Assembly (NCBI GenBank): GCA_016839515.1
Contig: JAEOUE010000056.1
Location: 1 to 40,457, forward strand
DNA from: Candidatus Hodarchaeum mangrovi
Lineage (GTDB): Archaea; Asgardarchaeota; Heimdallarchaeia; Hodarchaeales; Hodarchaeaceae
DNA length: 40,457 bases
Direction of reading: 5' to 3'
Below the pieces are notes generated by a model. It made no database searches. It had not been told where the DNA came from and saw nothing but the letters and a program-made list of their open reading frames with translations. This document shows positions 27,775-37,163 of the stretch, piece after piece. Within the stretch, counting starts at the first letter, position 1. Each line of letters begins with the position of its first letter. The translations under genes and the position numbers were made by a program.

Positions 27775-29625
27775 ATGAATGAAATAGAAACATCAATTTC
27801 AAAACCTGCAGTGATTTTTGGAGTTATCATTGGTATAGCCGTGAATTGGCTTGCATTATATTTAAATATCATTTTAGGATTAATTTCTATTGGTATCTCG
27901 AGTTTTGTAGTTTTACTTCTTACACGTACTTTTTTCCGTCGCAAAGCTACTGCTGAAAATTTAGCTTTAGTCTCCATCGCTTATGGGGCTACTAGTGCCG
28001 CGGAAGCCAGTATTGGCCTTTTATTCATCATATGGCTCTATCAAAATGCTGCCTCATTCGGTTTAGGTTTTTCTGCGCCAACTTGGCTGCTACCAAGCGA
28101 TCTAATTTTAACTGATCGAGTAATTTTTAGTTTAGAATGGATAGTACCATTATTAACTCATTATTTTTTGATGTTTATTCCAGGAATTACAGGTTTAATT
28201 TTAGGGATTTATTTAGCTCCACGCTTTATTCATCGAGACAAAGAATATCCTTTTCCAGGTACAATCCAAGCAATTAAATCTGTTGAAGTCCTTGTTACCA
28301 ATGAAAGATCAAAAGTTCAACTTTTCATTCGTTTCCTTTTCATTGGATTTCTTATTGCAGTAATCACACTAATTTTCTTACCTTCACTTGATGTTTCTAA
28401 TTCTAACACTGGAATGATTTTTGGATTATATTTAGGTACTATTGGAGTAACCATGTTCGCTGTAGGGCTTATTATCAATCAACCAAAAATAACTATTCCC
28501 ATAGGAATATCATCCGTTATTCTATATACCTTAATTAGTCCTCTTGTATTAGATTTTCCAGATTTTCAGAATAAAGTAGCTCTGGGACAATATCAACCTG
28601 ATTTTTTTGGTTTATACTCATATTTACTTCAAAACACATTTTTATCTTTCCTAATTGGATTTATACTCTCTGCAGCTTTATTATCCCCCATTGTATGGAA
28701 CTTAATTAAAAAAATCATAAAAAAGAACAATAAAAAAGTAGGTACTACCATTCAATCAGAAAAGTATGAAAATAATTCAATGGTATCAACACAACCTGAG
28801 CCAACAATTGAAATCCAGAAAAAAAAGAACTTTTTCTTAATAAGAAAACGAGACATCATAATCTCATCTATTTATCTCCTAGCACTTTTACTTTCTACTG
28901 GTTTTGTCATTCTGTTTGATATTTTACCAGGAACAGATCTCTTAATCATTCTTCTTTTACTTTTCTGGATTCTTTTACTGGGATCATTTATTCAAGGCAT
29001 TTTAACTGTTTCAACTGTAGCTAAAAGCTCAACAGCAGTTGTTCCACCCTTTATTTTTGATAATATCCCCATTTTTTTAACTGGAGCACGTGGATTTCTT
29101 CCATACATCGCAACTCCTAAAGCAGAAGTTGGAGAAACTATTGGGGTGGTTTCTGCCTTAAAATTTGGCCAAAAAATGAAACTGTCTCAAAAGCATGTTT
29201 TAATAGCATACTTTGCAGGTTATTTAGTAGCAGCTCTTTCTACTCCCTTTTTTGCACTTTTTCTTTGGAGCGCATTAGGAATTGGAACAGCTGCCTTACC
29301 TGCTCCAGCGTTTCCAATTTACATCTCAATGATTGGTCCATTTGCTGCAGGTTCAATCGAACTATTTGTTAACATAGCTGAAGTTCTTATCGGTGCAATT
29401 TCTGCTTTATTTTTACCAGGAATCGGTATTAGCCTAGCAATTGGTATGTTTTTTCCTCCTCATATGGCTTTATGCTTATCTTTAGGAGGAATAACAGCAC
29501 TACTTCTTGAACGACATAGAGGAAAAGAATGGATAAAATCAAGAGGAGCAATTGCTGCAACTGCACTTTCTGTTGGAGCAACCTTAACTGTTCCTATCTT
29601 AATCCTATTAAATCTTCTTGCTTAA
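27775..29625 (+). CDS. OPT (oligopeptide transporter) superfamily-like membrane protein
   Basis: Roughly 15 TM segments; early YL...LG, EN motif, YPFPGT and LPAP patterns recall OPT/YSL proteins; divergent. Confidence 0.65.
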   Translation: MNEIETSISKPAVIFGVIIGIAVNWLALYLNIILGLISIGISSFVVLLLTRTFFRRKATAENLALVSIAYGATSAAEASIGLLFIIWLYQNAASFGLGFSAPTWLLPSDLILTDRVIFSLEWIVPLLTHYFLMFIPGITGLILGIYLAPRFIHRDKEYPFPGTIQAIKSVEVLVTNERSKVQLFIRFLFIGFLIAVITLIFLPSLDVSNSNTGMIFGLYLGTIGVTMFAVGLIINQPKITIPIGISSVILYTLISPLVLDFPDFQNKVALGQYQPDFFGLYSYLLQNTFLSFLIGFILSAALLSPIVWNLIKKIIKKNNKKVGTTIQSEKYENNSMVSTQPEPTIEIQKKKNFFLIRKRDIIISSIYLLALLLSTGFVILFDILPGTDLLIILLLLFWILLLGSFIQGILTVSTVAKSSTAVVPPFIFDNIPIFLTGARGFLPYIATPKAEVGETIGVVSALKFGQKMKLSQKHVLIAYFAGYLVAALSTPFFALFLWSALGIGTAALPAPAFPIYISMIGPFAAGSIELFVNIAEVLIGAISALFLPGIGISLAIGMFFPPHMALCLSLGGITALLLERHRGKEWIKSRGAIAATALSVGATLTVPILILLNLLA

Positions 29626-29707
29626 TTTTTCCTCAAAGAATTTAAATCAAAACTCAATAAAAAAGGAATTTCTCTCCCCACAATTTCATTTATACAAATT
29701 TATGCTA

Positions 29708-30550
29708 TTATCGGTTAGCCAATTGCCTTAATCTTAATATTCTCTCTTCGATAGGTGGATGAGTGGAAAATAATCCTGCAAAACTCTTCGCAGAAAGAGG
29801 ATTTGTGATATACAAATGGCTTAAACTTGGATTTGGTGCAGGACTTCTTTGATTATAATAAGCTCGAGAGTAGGATCCAAGTTTTCCAAGAGCATTTGCC
29901 AATCCTATTGGATTTCTAGTAATTTTTGCTGCTTCCTTATCAGCAGCATACTCTCGATTTCGTGAAATTGCTAATTGAATTAAAATTGCAGCAATAGGAG
30001 CAACAATCCAAGTGACAAGTAAAGCTAAAGGATTGATGTTATCACGATCTGAATAACTGAACCAGATTGCCATTCGTGAGATAAACATGATTGCTGAAGC
30101 AAACATAGCTGCTGTGGTTTGAATAAGAGTATCCCAATGTTTGACATGGCTCAATTCATGTGCAATGACTCCATCCAGTTCTTCTGAGGACATAATATTT
30201 AGAAGACCAGTATGCACTGCAATAACTGCTTTCTTAGGAGATCTTCCTGTAGCAAATGCATTTGGTGTAGGATTTTGTACAAGTGCTACTCGAGGCATTG
30301 GAACATTGGCTGCATGAGCTAAACGTTCTACTCTTACATATAACTGGGGAGCTTGATTTTCATTAATGATTTGAGCTCCAGTCATAGCTAGAACGAGAGA
30401 GTCAGAAAACCAATATGATAGAAATACAAAAACTCCAGAGAATATAAGAAATACTAGAGGATGAACATTGAAAATTATCGAGATAACGTATAATATCCCG
30501 ATTAAAATTGTGAATAATAATCCTGTTTTAAATAAATTACCAATATCCAT
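29708..30550 (-). CDS. htpX: Zinc metalloprotease HtpX (M48)
   Basis: PNAFATGR, HELSH, ISRNREYAAD, LANALGKL, FSTHPP.EERI. Confidence 0.95.
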   Translation of the reverse strand: MDIGNLFKTGLLFTILIGILYVISIIFNVHPLVFLIFSGVFVFLSYWFSDSLVLAMTGAQIINENQAPQLYVRVERLAHAANVPMPRVALVQNPTPNAFATGRSPKKAVIAVHTGLLNIMSSEELDGVIAHELSHVKHWDTLIQTTAAMFASAIMFISRMAIWFSYSDRDNINPLALLVTWIVAPIAAILIQLAISRNREYAADKEAAKITRNPIGLANALGKLGSYSRAYYNQRSPAPNPSLSHLYITNPLSAKSFAGLFSTHPPIEERILRLRQLANR

Positions 30551-30685
30551 GAAAACACCTCAATTTTGGGTAAATAAACTTGAATTTCTTTCACACTACA
30601 TATCTGTAAGCCACTTTATTATGACTAGGTTAGCAGAAAAGAGATTGATAAAACTTGCATACTTCTGCTAGAAGATTTTTACACA

Positions 30686-32173
30686 TTAACCTTGCTTAGT
30701 TCTAATTCCTGTAGCTTTTTGGGCTAATGTATTACTTTTATATTCGTAAAAAAGCTCAGAGAGCATTTGAATCTTTTGTAAGACATCAGATATATCAATA
30801 TGAATGAATTTATAATTATAAATAAGAATTTCACCATTTGAAATGACGTATTGAACCTCATTCCCATTTGAGGCCCATATTATATTTTCCACAAGATTAT
30901 CCTCCCTCGTAGGGGTTAAATTAGGTACAGTTAAATCGATTATAGCTATATCTGCTAATTTTCCTTGTTCTAGTGATCCTGTATTAAACCTTAGAAACTG
31001 AGATGGAATTATTGTGATTCTCTCTAAAACATCTTGAGCAGTCATTAATTTAGCATTATGATGAAATGCTTTTTGATATTGCGCAGCAACTCTTGCTGCA
31101 TTAATGATATTTTGATTATCTGCACTACCAGATCCATCTGTAGATATTGCGAATTCTATTCCTCTTTCCTTAAACTTTTGTAATGGTGGCATACCAGAAC
31201 CTAAAATAGTATTCGCCAAAGGATTATGAACAACTTTAGTCCCTGTTTTTGTTAGTATTTCCAAGTCGTGTTCAGTACAATGGACTTGATGACCTACAAA
31301 TGTGTTTTGATCCAAAAATCCAATCGACTCTCCATATTCAATAGGAGTCATACCATATTCACCTTTGAACCACTCTGTTGTGGCAAATTCCTCACTGGAA
31401 TGAATGTGAATAAGGGTTTTATGTTCAACTGACCATTTTTTTAAGGCTTTAAGAAGTTCTGGCCCATTAGAGAAGAATTGATCTGGACCAGGAATAATTT
31501 GGACATTCCTTTCATTACGATATTTTTGATAATAGGTCTCCATTCGTTCTACTGCAATAGAAGCAGGTTTGTCTAAAATTCGAGGGTCATAATGTCTATC
31601 TTGTGCTCCTACTGCAATCATGATTTTTGTTCCAGCCTTTTTATTAGCTCTAACTAATTCGTCTACATGGTATTTATTAAAATTACAGTGGTGTACAAGA
31701 GCAGTTGTGATACCATGCTGAATATCATCGATTCTCGCTTTTAAATAGGATAATTCATATGGAGAAACACCAAGTAGCTTTGTTAATTTTTCTTCTTCTG
31801 AATGTAAGAACCCAGTATAGAGATTAACAGCCTCATCTAACCATGTTGTCAAGGGCTCATCCTTTGCTATACCAATGATAGCTGATTCATGATCATGTCC
31901 ATGTGCTTTGACAAATCCTGGAAGAGCGACGCCATATATTTGTTTTAGCTCATTGGTTGGAGATAAATACGTCTCTTTCTCCCCAATGATCTCTATTTCT
32001 GAACCATATTTCTTCACAAATGATTTCATAATTTCTTGGTCATATTTCCCCACTTCTTTAATTTTATCTCCTTCTATCAAAATATAACCATCACTGATCC
32101 GTGCATTTCGTCCTAGTTGATCGGATATTGGTAATATAAACCGAGACCTTAGAATTTTATATTTCATGACCAT
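30686..32173 (-). CDS. Metal-dependent amidohydrolase (MTA/SAH deaminase - guanine deaminase - SsnA-like group)
   Basis: PGFVKAHGH, HIHSSE, HQVH, HNPLAN..LGSG, STDGSGS, GSLEQGKLAD. Confidence 0.88.
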   Translation of the reverse strand: MVMKYKILRSRFILPISDQLGRNARISDGYILIEGDKIKEVGKYDQEIMKSFVKKYGSEIEIIGEKETYLSPTNELKQIYGVALPGFVKAHGHDHESAIIGIAKDEPLTTWLDEAVNLYTGFLHSEEEKLTKLLGVSPYELSYLKARIDDIQHGITTALVHHCNFNKYHVDELVRANKKAGTKIMIAVGAQDRHYDPRILDKPASIAVERMETYYQKYRNERNVQIIPGPDQFFSNGPELLKALKKWSVEHKTLIHIHSSEEFATTEWFKGEYGMTPIEYGESIGFLDQNTFVGHQVHCTEHDLEILTKTGTKVVHNPLANTILGSGMPPLQKFKERGIEFAISTDGSGSADNQNIINAARVAAQYQKAFHHNAKLMTAQDVLERITIIPSQFLRFNTGSLEQGKLADIAIIDLTVPNLTPTREDNLVENIIWASNGNEVQYVISNGEILIYNYKFIHIDISDVLQKIQMLSELFYEYKSNTLAQKATGIRTKQG

Positions 32174-32327
32174 ACCTACCTAATGACTAAACTCCTTATA
32201 TTCATTCAAAAGGTTTCAATATAGATTTTATTCTTCCTTTCAAGCGAGCTCCGTAATACGTATAAAGATGTAAGATCAATAATTTTTTTGCTAGCTAGAT
32301 ACTAACAAATCTTAAGGTGTTTTATAT

Positions 32328-33701
32328 TTGGATTTATTAATTAAAGAAGGAACACTCGTTGATAGTACAAGAAGCTATCAAGCTAACATATGTATTGACC
32401 AGGGGAAGATCCATTCAATATTTGAAGGATCAAAACAGATTCAAGCTGATAAAGTGATCAATGCTAAAGATTTATTAATTTTTCCAGGAGTAATTGATTC
32501 ACATGTTCATTTTCAACTACAAGATCTGGGAAAAATTATTTCCTCTGATACTTTTGCCTCTGGAACTCATGCTGCAGCATTTGGAGGAGTAACAACTGTA
32601 ATTGATTTTGCGGATCAAACACGAGGTGAATCTCCTTACAAAGGGTTTTTGGACAGAAAAAAGAATGCAGATAAACAGGTAGCTATTGATTATAGTCTAC
32701 ATGTATCTTTAACCGACACTGATTTTCTTGACGAAATCCCTCTTTTAATAAAGGAAGGAGTTACAAGTTTTAAATTTTTTACTAGCTACAGTTGGAGGAA
32801 TTTGTCCTTAGATGATTTCGACTTAATAAAACTTTTTCAGGAAATGCAAAAGAATCGTTGTTTGTTAATGGGGCATTGTGAAAATGATATTTTGGTACTT
32901 AAGGGACGTCAATCTTTAGTTAAGAGAGGTAAGACTGACCCAATATATCATGCTTATTCACGGCCGCATATTGTAGAAGAAGAGGCTATCCAACGGGTCA
33001 TCCTCTTTGCTAAAAAAACCGGAATTAAACTTCATATTGCTCATATTACGACTAAGGAAGGAGGAGAGTTATTAGCAAATGCAAAACTTCAGGGATTAAA
33101 AGTCACTGGCGAAACATGCCCCCATTACCTTCTCTTAAATGAAGGAGCCTATAACGGTCCAAAAGGTTATTTGAATATTATGTCTCCTCCTCTACGACAT
33201 ACAAAGGATCAACAAGGATTACTTGACTACATAAAAGATAAAATTATCGATCAAATTGTCACAGATCATTGTGAATTTTCCCGAGAAAGCAAGGGAAGTG
33301 GAAATCTTCCTTTTGAGAAAATAGTAAATGGTATCCCAGGGATAGAGACTTCTCTTCCCCTTATGCATGATTTATTAATAAACAAACTGAATTTATCCTA
33401 TTCTCAACTTGTGAACCTAATGTCAACTCAACCTGCTAAATTGTTTGGTCTCTACCCTAAAAAAGGCAGTTTGGAGATTGGTGCAGATGCTGATCTTATT
33501 ATTTTTGACCCAACGCTGAAGAGACTGATTTCTCCAGAGATTCTTCATTATAATATTGATTGGAATCCATTTGAGGGCATTAAAGTAGTGGGATGGCCAA
33601 TCGTGACTATTCTTAGGGGGAAAATTTTGGTTGAAAATGGAGAATTCATTGGACCTTCGAACTATGGTCAATTTCAAAAACGGAATCTTGTTGGAAAATG
33701 A
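32328..33701 (+). CDS. hydA: Dihydropyrimidinase / D-hydantoinase
   Basis: PGVIDSHVH, AAAFGGVTTVIDF, GVTSFK (carboxylated Lys), HCEN, ETCPHYL, MSPPLR, TDHC, NGIPGIET, GADAD. Confidence 0.9.
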   Translation: MDLLIKEGTLVDSTRSYQANICIDQGKIHSIFEGSKQIQADKVINAKDLLIFPGVIDSHVHFQLQDLGKIISSDTFASGTHAAAFGGVTTVIDFADQTRGESPYKGFLDRKKNADKQVAIDYSLHVSLTDTDFLDEIPLLIKEGVTSFKFFTSYSWRNLSLDDFDLIKLFQEMQKNRCLLMGHCENDILVLKGRQSLVKRGKTDPIYHAYSRPHIVEEEAIQRVILFAKKTGIKLHIAHITTKEGGELLANAKLQGLKVTGETCPHYLLLNEGAYNGPKGYLNIMSPPLRHTKDQQGLLDYIKDKIIDQIVTDHCEFSRESKGSGNLPFEKIVNGIPGIETSLPLMHDLLINKLNLSYSQLVNLMSTQPAKLFGLYPKKGSLEIGADADLIIFDPTLKRLISPEILHYNIDWNPFEGIKVVGWPIVTILRGKILVENGEFIGPSNYGQFQKRNLVGK

Positions 33702-33711
33702 GGATGTGATT

Positions 33712-34116
33712 TTGACTCTATTAATCTATACTGATGGTGCTTCAAGAGGTAACCCAGGAATCGCAGCTGCTGCCTTTATCTTGGTCAAAGATGGAAAAAA
33801 AATTTTTGAACAATGCAAATACCTTGGAAAACAAACTAATAATCAAGCGGAGTACCAAGCTATAATTCTAGCTCTTATTAAGGCATTAGAATTTTCCGAA
33901 AAGGATCTTATTTTATATTCTGATAGTGAATTGGTAATAAAACAATTAAATGGCGATTATCGCGTTAGACAACCTCATCTAAAGCTATTAAAGAGAAAAA
34001 TCATGAACTTAAAAGAAGAATTCGCATCAGTAACCTTTTCACACATTTCTCGTGATAATATTTGGATTAAAAATGCTGATATTCTATGTAATCGGTGTAT
34101 AGATGAAAATGAATGA
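33712..34116 (+). CDS. rnhA: Ribonuclease HI (archaeal/actinobacterial type)
   Basis: YTDGASRGNPG, TNNQAEY, SDSELV..Q..G.Y.V, HISRD.....AD. TTG at 33712, 7 nt after GAGGA, preferred over the track start. Confidence 0.92.
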   Translation: MTLLIYTDGASRGNPGIAAAAFILVKDGKKIFEQCKYLGKQTNNQAEYQAIILALIKALEFSEKDLILYSDSELVIKQLNGDYRVRQPHLKLLKRKIMNLKEEFASVTFSHISRDNIWIKNADILCNRCIDENE

Positions 34117-34185
34117 GATTCACACATTTTACGAATTTTTTGATCTAGGAAGAATGAATTAAGATAATTAGCTAAAATTAGGTAA

Positions 34186-35016
34186 TTAATCAGAATTTAC
34201 TTTAATAAAATCTGGAGTTTTCCTAATCCACTCAAAATTAACCTGTGTTTTATTAGTAAAACTAATAGAATAATCCGCAAGATTGGAATGAAACTCCTCA
34301 ATCTTTAAGATAACATAGTTATCTGTATGCTTTCCAATATTTAATAATGCTAGATCAATTGTTATCCAACCAATGATAGGAGAGTAGATTTCAGCCCATG
34401 CATGAGGAATAGGGGTAGGAGGGGTGTTCTGAACATGATAACCTGTTAATCTTCTAGATGGGATTCCTCTTCTTCGTGCTAATGTTAAAAAAAGATCTGT
34501 AAATTCATCACAATCTCCAATTCCTTCATTTAAAGCACGGAAGACCCCAACACGTTCTTCTAGTTTTTCAGGATTCTTAATTTTTGACCTAATATATGGA
34601 ATAGAAGCCATTATCCAATCTTTCAAATGGTCCTCTTCAAACCATTCTATTAATGATGGATCTTGAAATAATGACGAAAATTGGGGCCAAAATTCTGTAC
34701 TTGTTTGATATTTTTTCATAAATTTTTTAGAAATATTAGAAATTTTCCCCCAGTCATCTTGAAGCGACACATCTCTTTTATGTGGTAAAACTTGAATAAT
34801 TCGATCAAAAGAAATTAAACCACTAGTTCGAACCTTACGATGGAAAAGAAAATAAGAATTTAACCCTTTTTTCTTCAGTTTAGTATAATTTGGTTGTTGA
34901 ATAATCTTTATTTGTTGGAGATAGTCTGGGTAGTTGAAAAATTTGATAATTAAAACTGGAGAACCACTTTTGGCACGATATAATAATCTTTCTTGGTGTT
35001 CAATCTGCCATCCCAT
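34186..35016 (-). CDS. Transglutaminase-like domain protein
   Basis: GDCDEF...LAR..GIPSR, HAWAEIY and GWITID give a Cys-His-Asp triad. Confidence 0.88.
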   Translation of the reverse strand: MGWQIEHQERLLYRAKSGSPVLIIKFFNYPDYLQQIKIIQQPNYTKLKKKGLNSYFLFHRKVRTSGLISFDRIIQVLPHKRDVSLQDDWGKISNISKKFMKKYQTSTEFWPQFSSLFQDPSLIEWFEEDHLKDWIMASIPYIRSKIKNPEKLEERVGVFRALNEGIGDCDEFTDLFLTLARRRGIPSRRLTGYHVQNTPPTPIPHAWAEIYSPIIGWITIDLALLNIGKHTDNYVILKIEEFHSNLADYSISFTNKTQVNFEWIRKTPDFIKVNSD

Positions 35017-35157
35017 TTTTTTACTATTTCCTTACTAAAATTCATTAATTAGATAAAATTAATTATTGTTTGCATCAAGATTATTATGTACTCTAAATCG
35101 AATTCAGGAATATTTATTCACATGGTCATTTAGAAAATTACCCAAGAGGTTTTCTAG

Positions 35158-36033
35158 TTGGCATTTGAAACCCTAGAATTAAATGATAATGAAAGAAGTC
35201 GTCTTCCAGGTAGCTTTATTGAGATCTCGGAGGGTTATGTCCACTATGAATTAACAGGATCAGAAAACGGTGATCTAGTAGTCCTAATCCATGGGTTTTC
35301 ATCCCCCTATTTAGTTTGGGATTACATTTTTGAAGAATTAGGGCAATCTGAATTTCAGGTTTTACGTTATGACCTTTTCGGACGGGGTTTCTCTGATCGT
35401 CCTATTGCTAATTATAATTTTGCATTTTTTGTTCAACAGCTCCATGAATTACTCCAAAAATTAAATTTAAGTAATAAAAAATTCAATCTTGTTGGGTTAT
35501 CAATGGGAGGTGGAATAACTATGACTTTTGCTGATCAATATCCTGATTTGATAAAAAAAATAACTCTTTTTGACCCAATTGGATTTTCAAGTGGGATTAA
35601 TATCCAATATTTAGCTTTAAAAATTCCCTTTCTTAATCGATTATTTCTAAAATTTTTAATTAATCATCAAATGTTGATTAATAGTCAAAAACCAGATTTT
35701 TACATGTATAAAGAAGTTGATCAATATTTAGAACAATTTAAAGCTCAGCTAAAGTATAAAGGTTATCTTAAAGCAATCCATTCAACTATCCTCAATAGTC
35801 CATTCAATAGTCTAAAGAATGTTTATCAACGTGTAGGAAAACTTAATATACCAATTCAGCTTTTTTGGGGGGAAAAGGATAAAACAATTCCTTTTAAAAC
35901 AAACGAAAAAGTACGAGCAGCCATCCCACACATTATTTTTCATCCAATTCCTAATTGTGGACATATGCCTCAATATACCCATCCTCAGGCCGTAATTCCA
36001 CTTCTATTGGAATTCTTAAGAAGTAATTTGTAG
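35158..36033 (+). CDS. Alpha/beta hydrolase
   Basis: LIHGFS, YDLFGRGFSD, GLSMGG nucleophile elbow, WGEKD, GH. Confidence 0.93.
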   Translation: MAFETLELNDNERSRLPGSFIEISEGYVHYELTGSENGDLVVLIHGFSSPYLVWDYIFEELGQSEFQVLRYDLFGRGFSDRPIANYNFAFFVQQLHELLQKLNLSNKKFNLVGLSMGGGITMTFADQYPDLIKKITLFDPIGFSSGINIQYLALKIPFLNRLFLKFLINHQMLINSQKPDFYMYKEVDQYLEQFKAQLKYKGYLKAIHSTILNSPFNSLKNVYQRVGKLNIPIQLFWGEKDKTIPFKTNEKVRAAIPHIIFHPIPNCGHMPQYTHPQAVIPLLLEFLRSNL

Positions 36034-36199
36034 AATTTTTTTAAAAAATCTATTCCTTCATTTCACATTTCTAAAATTTTTGTATAAAAATAATTTATTA
36101 AAATTGTATCAGAATAATTAATAATAAGCCATGTAAACATTCTAGCAAATAACTTCATGTATAAAAATTATTAGTAACTCGTAAGTAAGAGGTATTAAA

Positions 36200-37051
36200 A
36201 TGCCTTTTGGGCCTTTCAAGAAAAAGAAAAAGAAGGATTTACCTAATCCACCCTCATTTAAGACGGAAAATGAATTCCAGAGTCCAGCTGTTGAGCTTAA
36301 GACTCCTGAACCACCAAAAATGAAAGATTTTCAAAAATTTTCTTCAAGTACTGAGGACTATACATCAGAAAAACAAGGAGAACTGCAAGGACCTCCAAGA
36401 TTAGAAGGACCCCCAAAAGATGTTTCAGGAGATTTCTATCTAGGCCCCCCGAAAGAAGGTATAACGAGTCATCCTCATTTACCAACTCCTCCAGCTTTCG
36501 GAAGTACTATACCTTCTTCACCTTCAAGTTTTAATAGATCAACAGAAAAACAAACTAGTCCTCTATTTGAAGATGAAAAGGTAACTGAAGATATTTTAAG
36601 AGAACTAAAGCAAACAAGTTTTGGTTCAGATTTAGAAAAGGCCCCTATTGAAAAAAATCAACGAATGTTGGTCGATGAATTTAATAAAAGACGTTTACAA
36701 GAGACAAAACGAAATTATATAGCTGCTGGTGATAAACAATTAGAATTAAAGTTTTACGATAATGCAGCAACAAATTTTGCCTGTGCTATCCTGCTAGATT
36801 TAATTTCTGAGGGTTACGAAGCAGCAAACCAAACAAAAACAGATTTAAGCAGACGGAAACCATCAGCAATACTTGATAATCCAGTATTTGATAGTGTAAG
36901 GTTGATTATCGAAGCTGTTAAAACAAGAAATTATACATTTTTTTCTCGCGCTGAGAAAAATTTAACAAAGCGAAAAGAGAGTATGTATCCAGAGGACGCT
37001 GCAATTATTGAAAATGGCATTAAAGCAGCTAGAACTCTTCTTGAATTATGA
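36200..37051 (+). CDS. Hypothetical protein: polybasic/Pro-rich disordered N-terminus plus helical-repeat C-terminal domain
   Basis: GAGGT RBS; MPFGPFKKKKKK start; repeated GPP and PxPP; amphipathic helices in the last ~125 aa. Confidence 0.8.
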   Translation: MPFGPFKKKKKKDLPNPPSFKTENEFQSPAVELKTPEPPKMKDFQKFSSSTEDYTSEKQGELQGPPRLEGPPKDVSGDFYLGPPKEGITSHPHLPTPPAFGSTIPSSPSSFNRSTEKQTSPLFEDEKVTEDILRELKQTSFGSDLEKAPIEKNQRMLVDEFNKRRLQETKRNYIAAGDKQLELKFYDNAATNFACAILLDLISEGYEAANQTKTDLSRRKPSAILDNPVFDSVRLIIEAVKTRNYTFFSRAEKNLTKRKESMYPEDAAIIENGIKAARTLLEL

Positions 37052-37140
37052 TGAGAGGAGAAAAAAATCCTTAATTGAGGATATTATTTTATCCTCTATA
37101 TATCATCGAGGAAAAGTATTTAATCTAAGACTTTAATTTA

Positions 37141-37163
37141 AAAAGAGAAAAAGAAGAGAAAAA
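37141..37163 (-). terminator. Oligo-pyrimidine (archaeal-type) terminator after the carbamoyltransferase gene
   Basis: TTTTTCTCTTCTTTTTCTCTTTT immediately after the stop codon on the minus strand. Confidence 0.5.

Noticed and set aside
37066-37100. Overlapping inverted repeats ATCCTTAATTGAGGAT / GAGGAT...ATCCTC
   Set aside because: They lie between convergent gene ends and are most simply terminator-associated.
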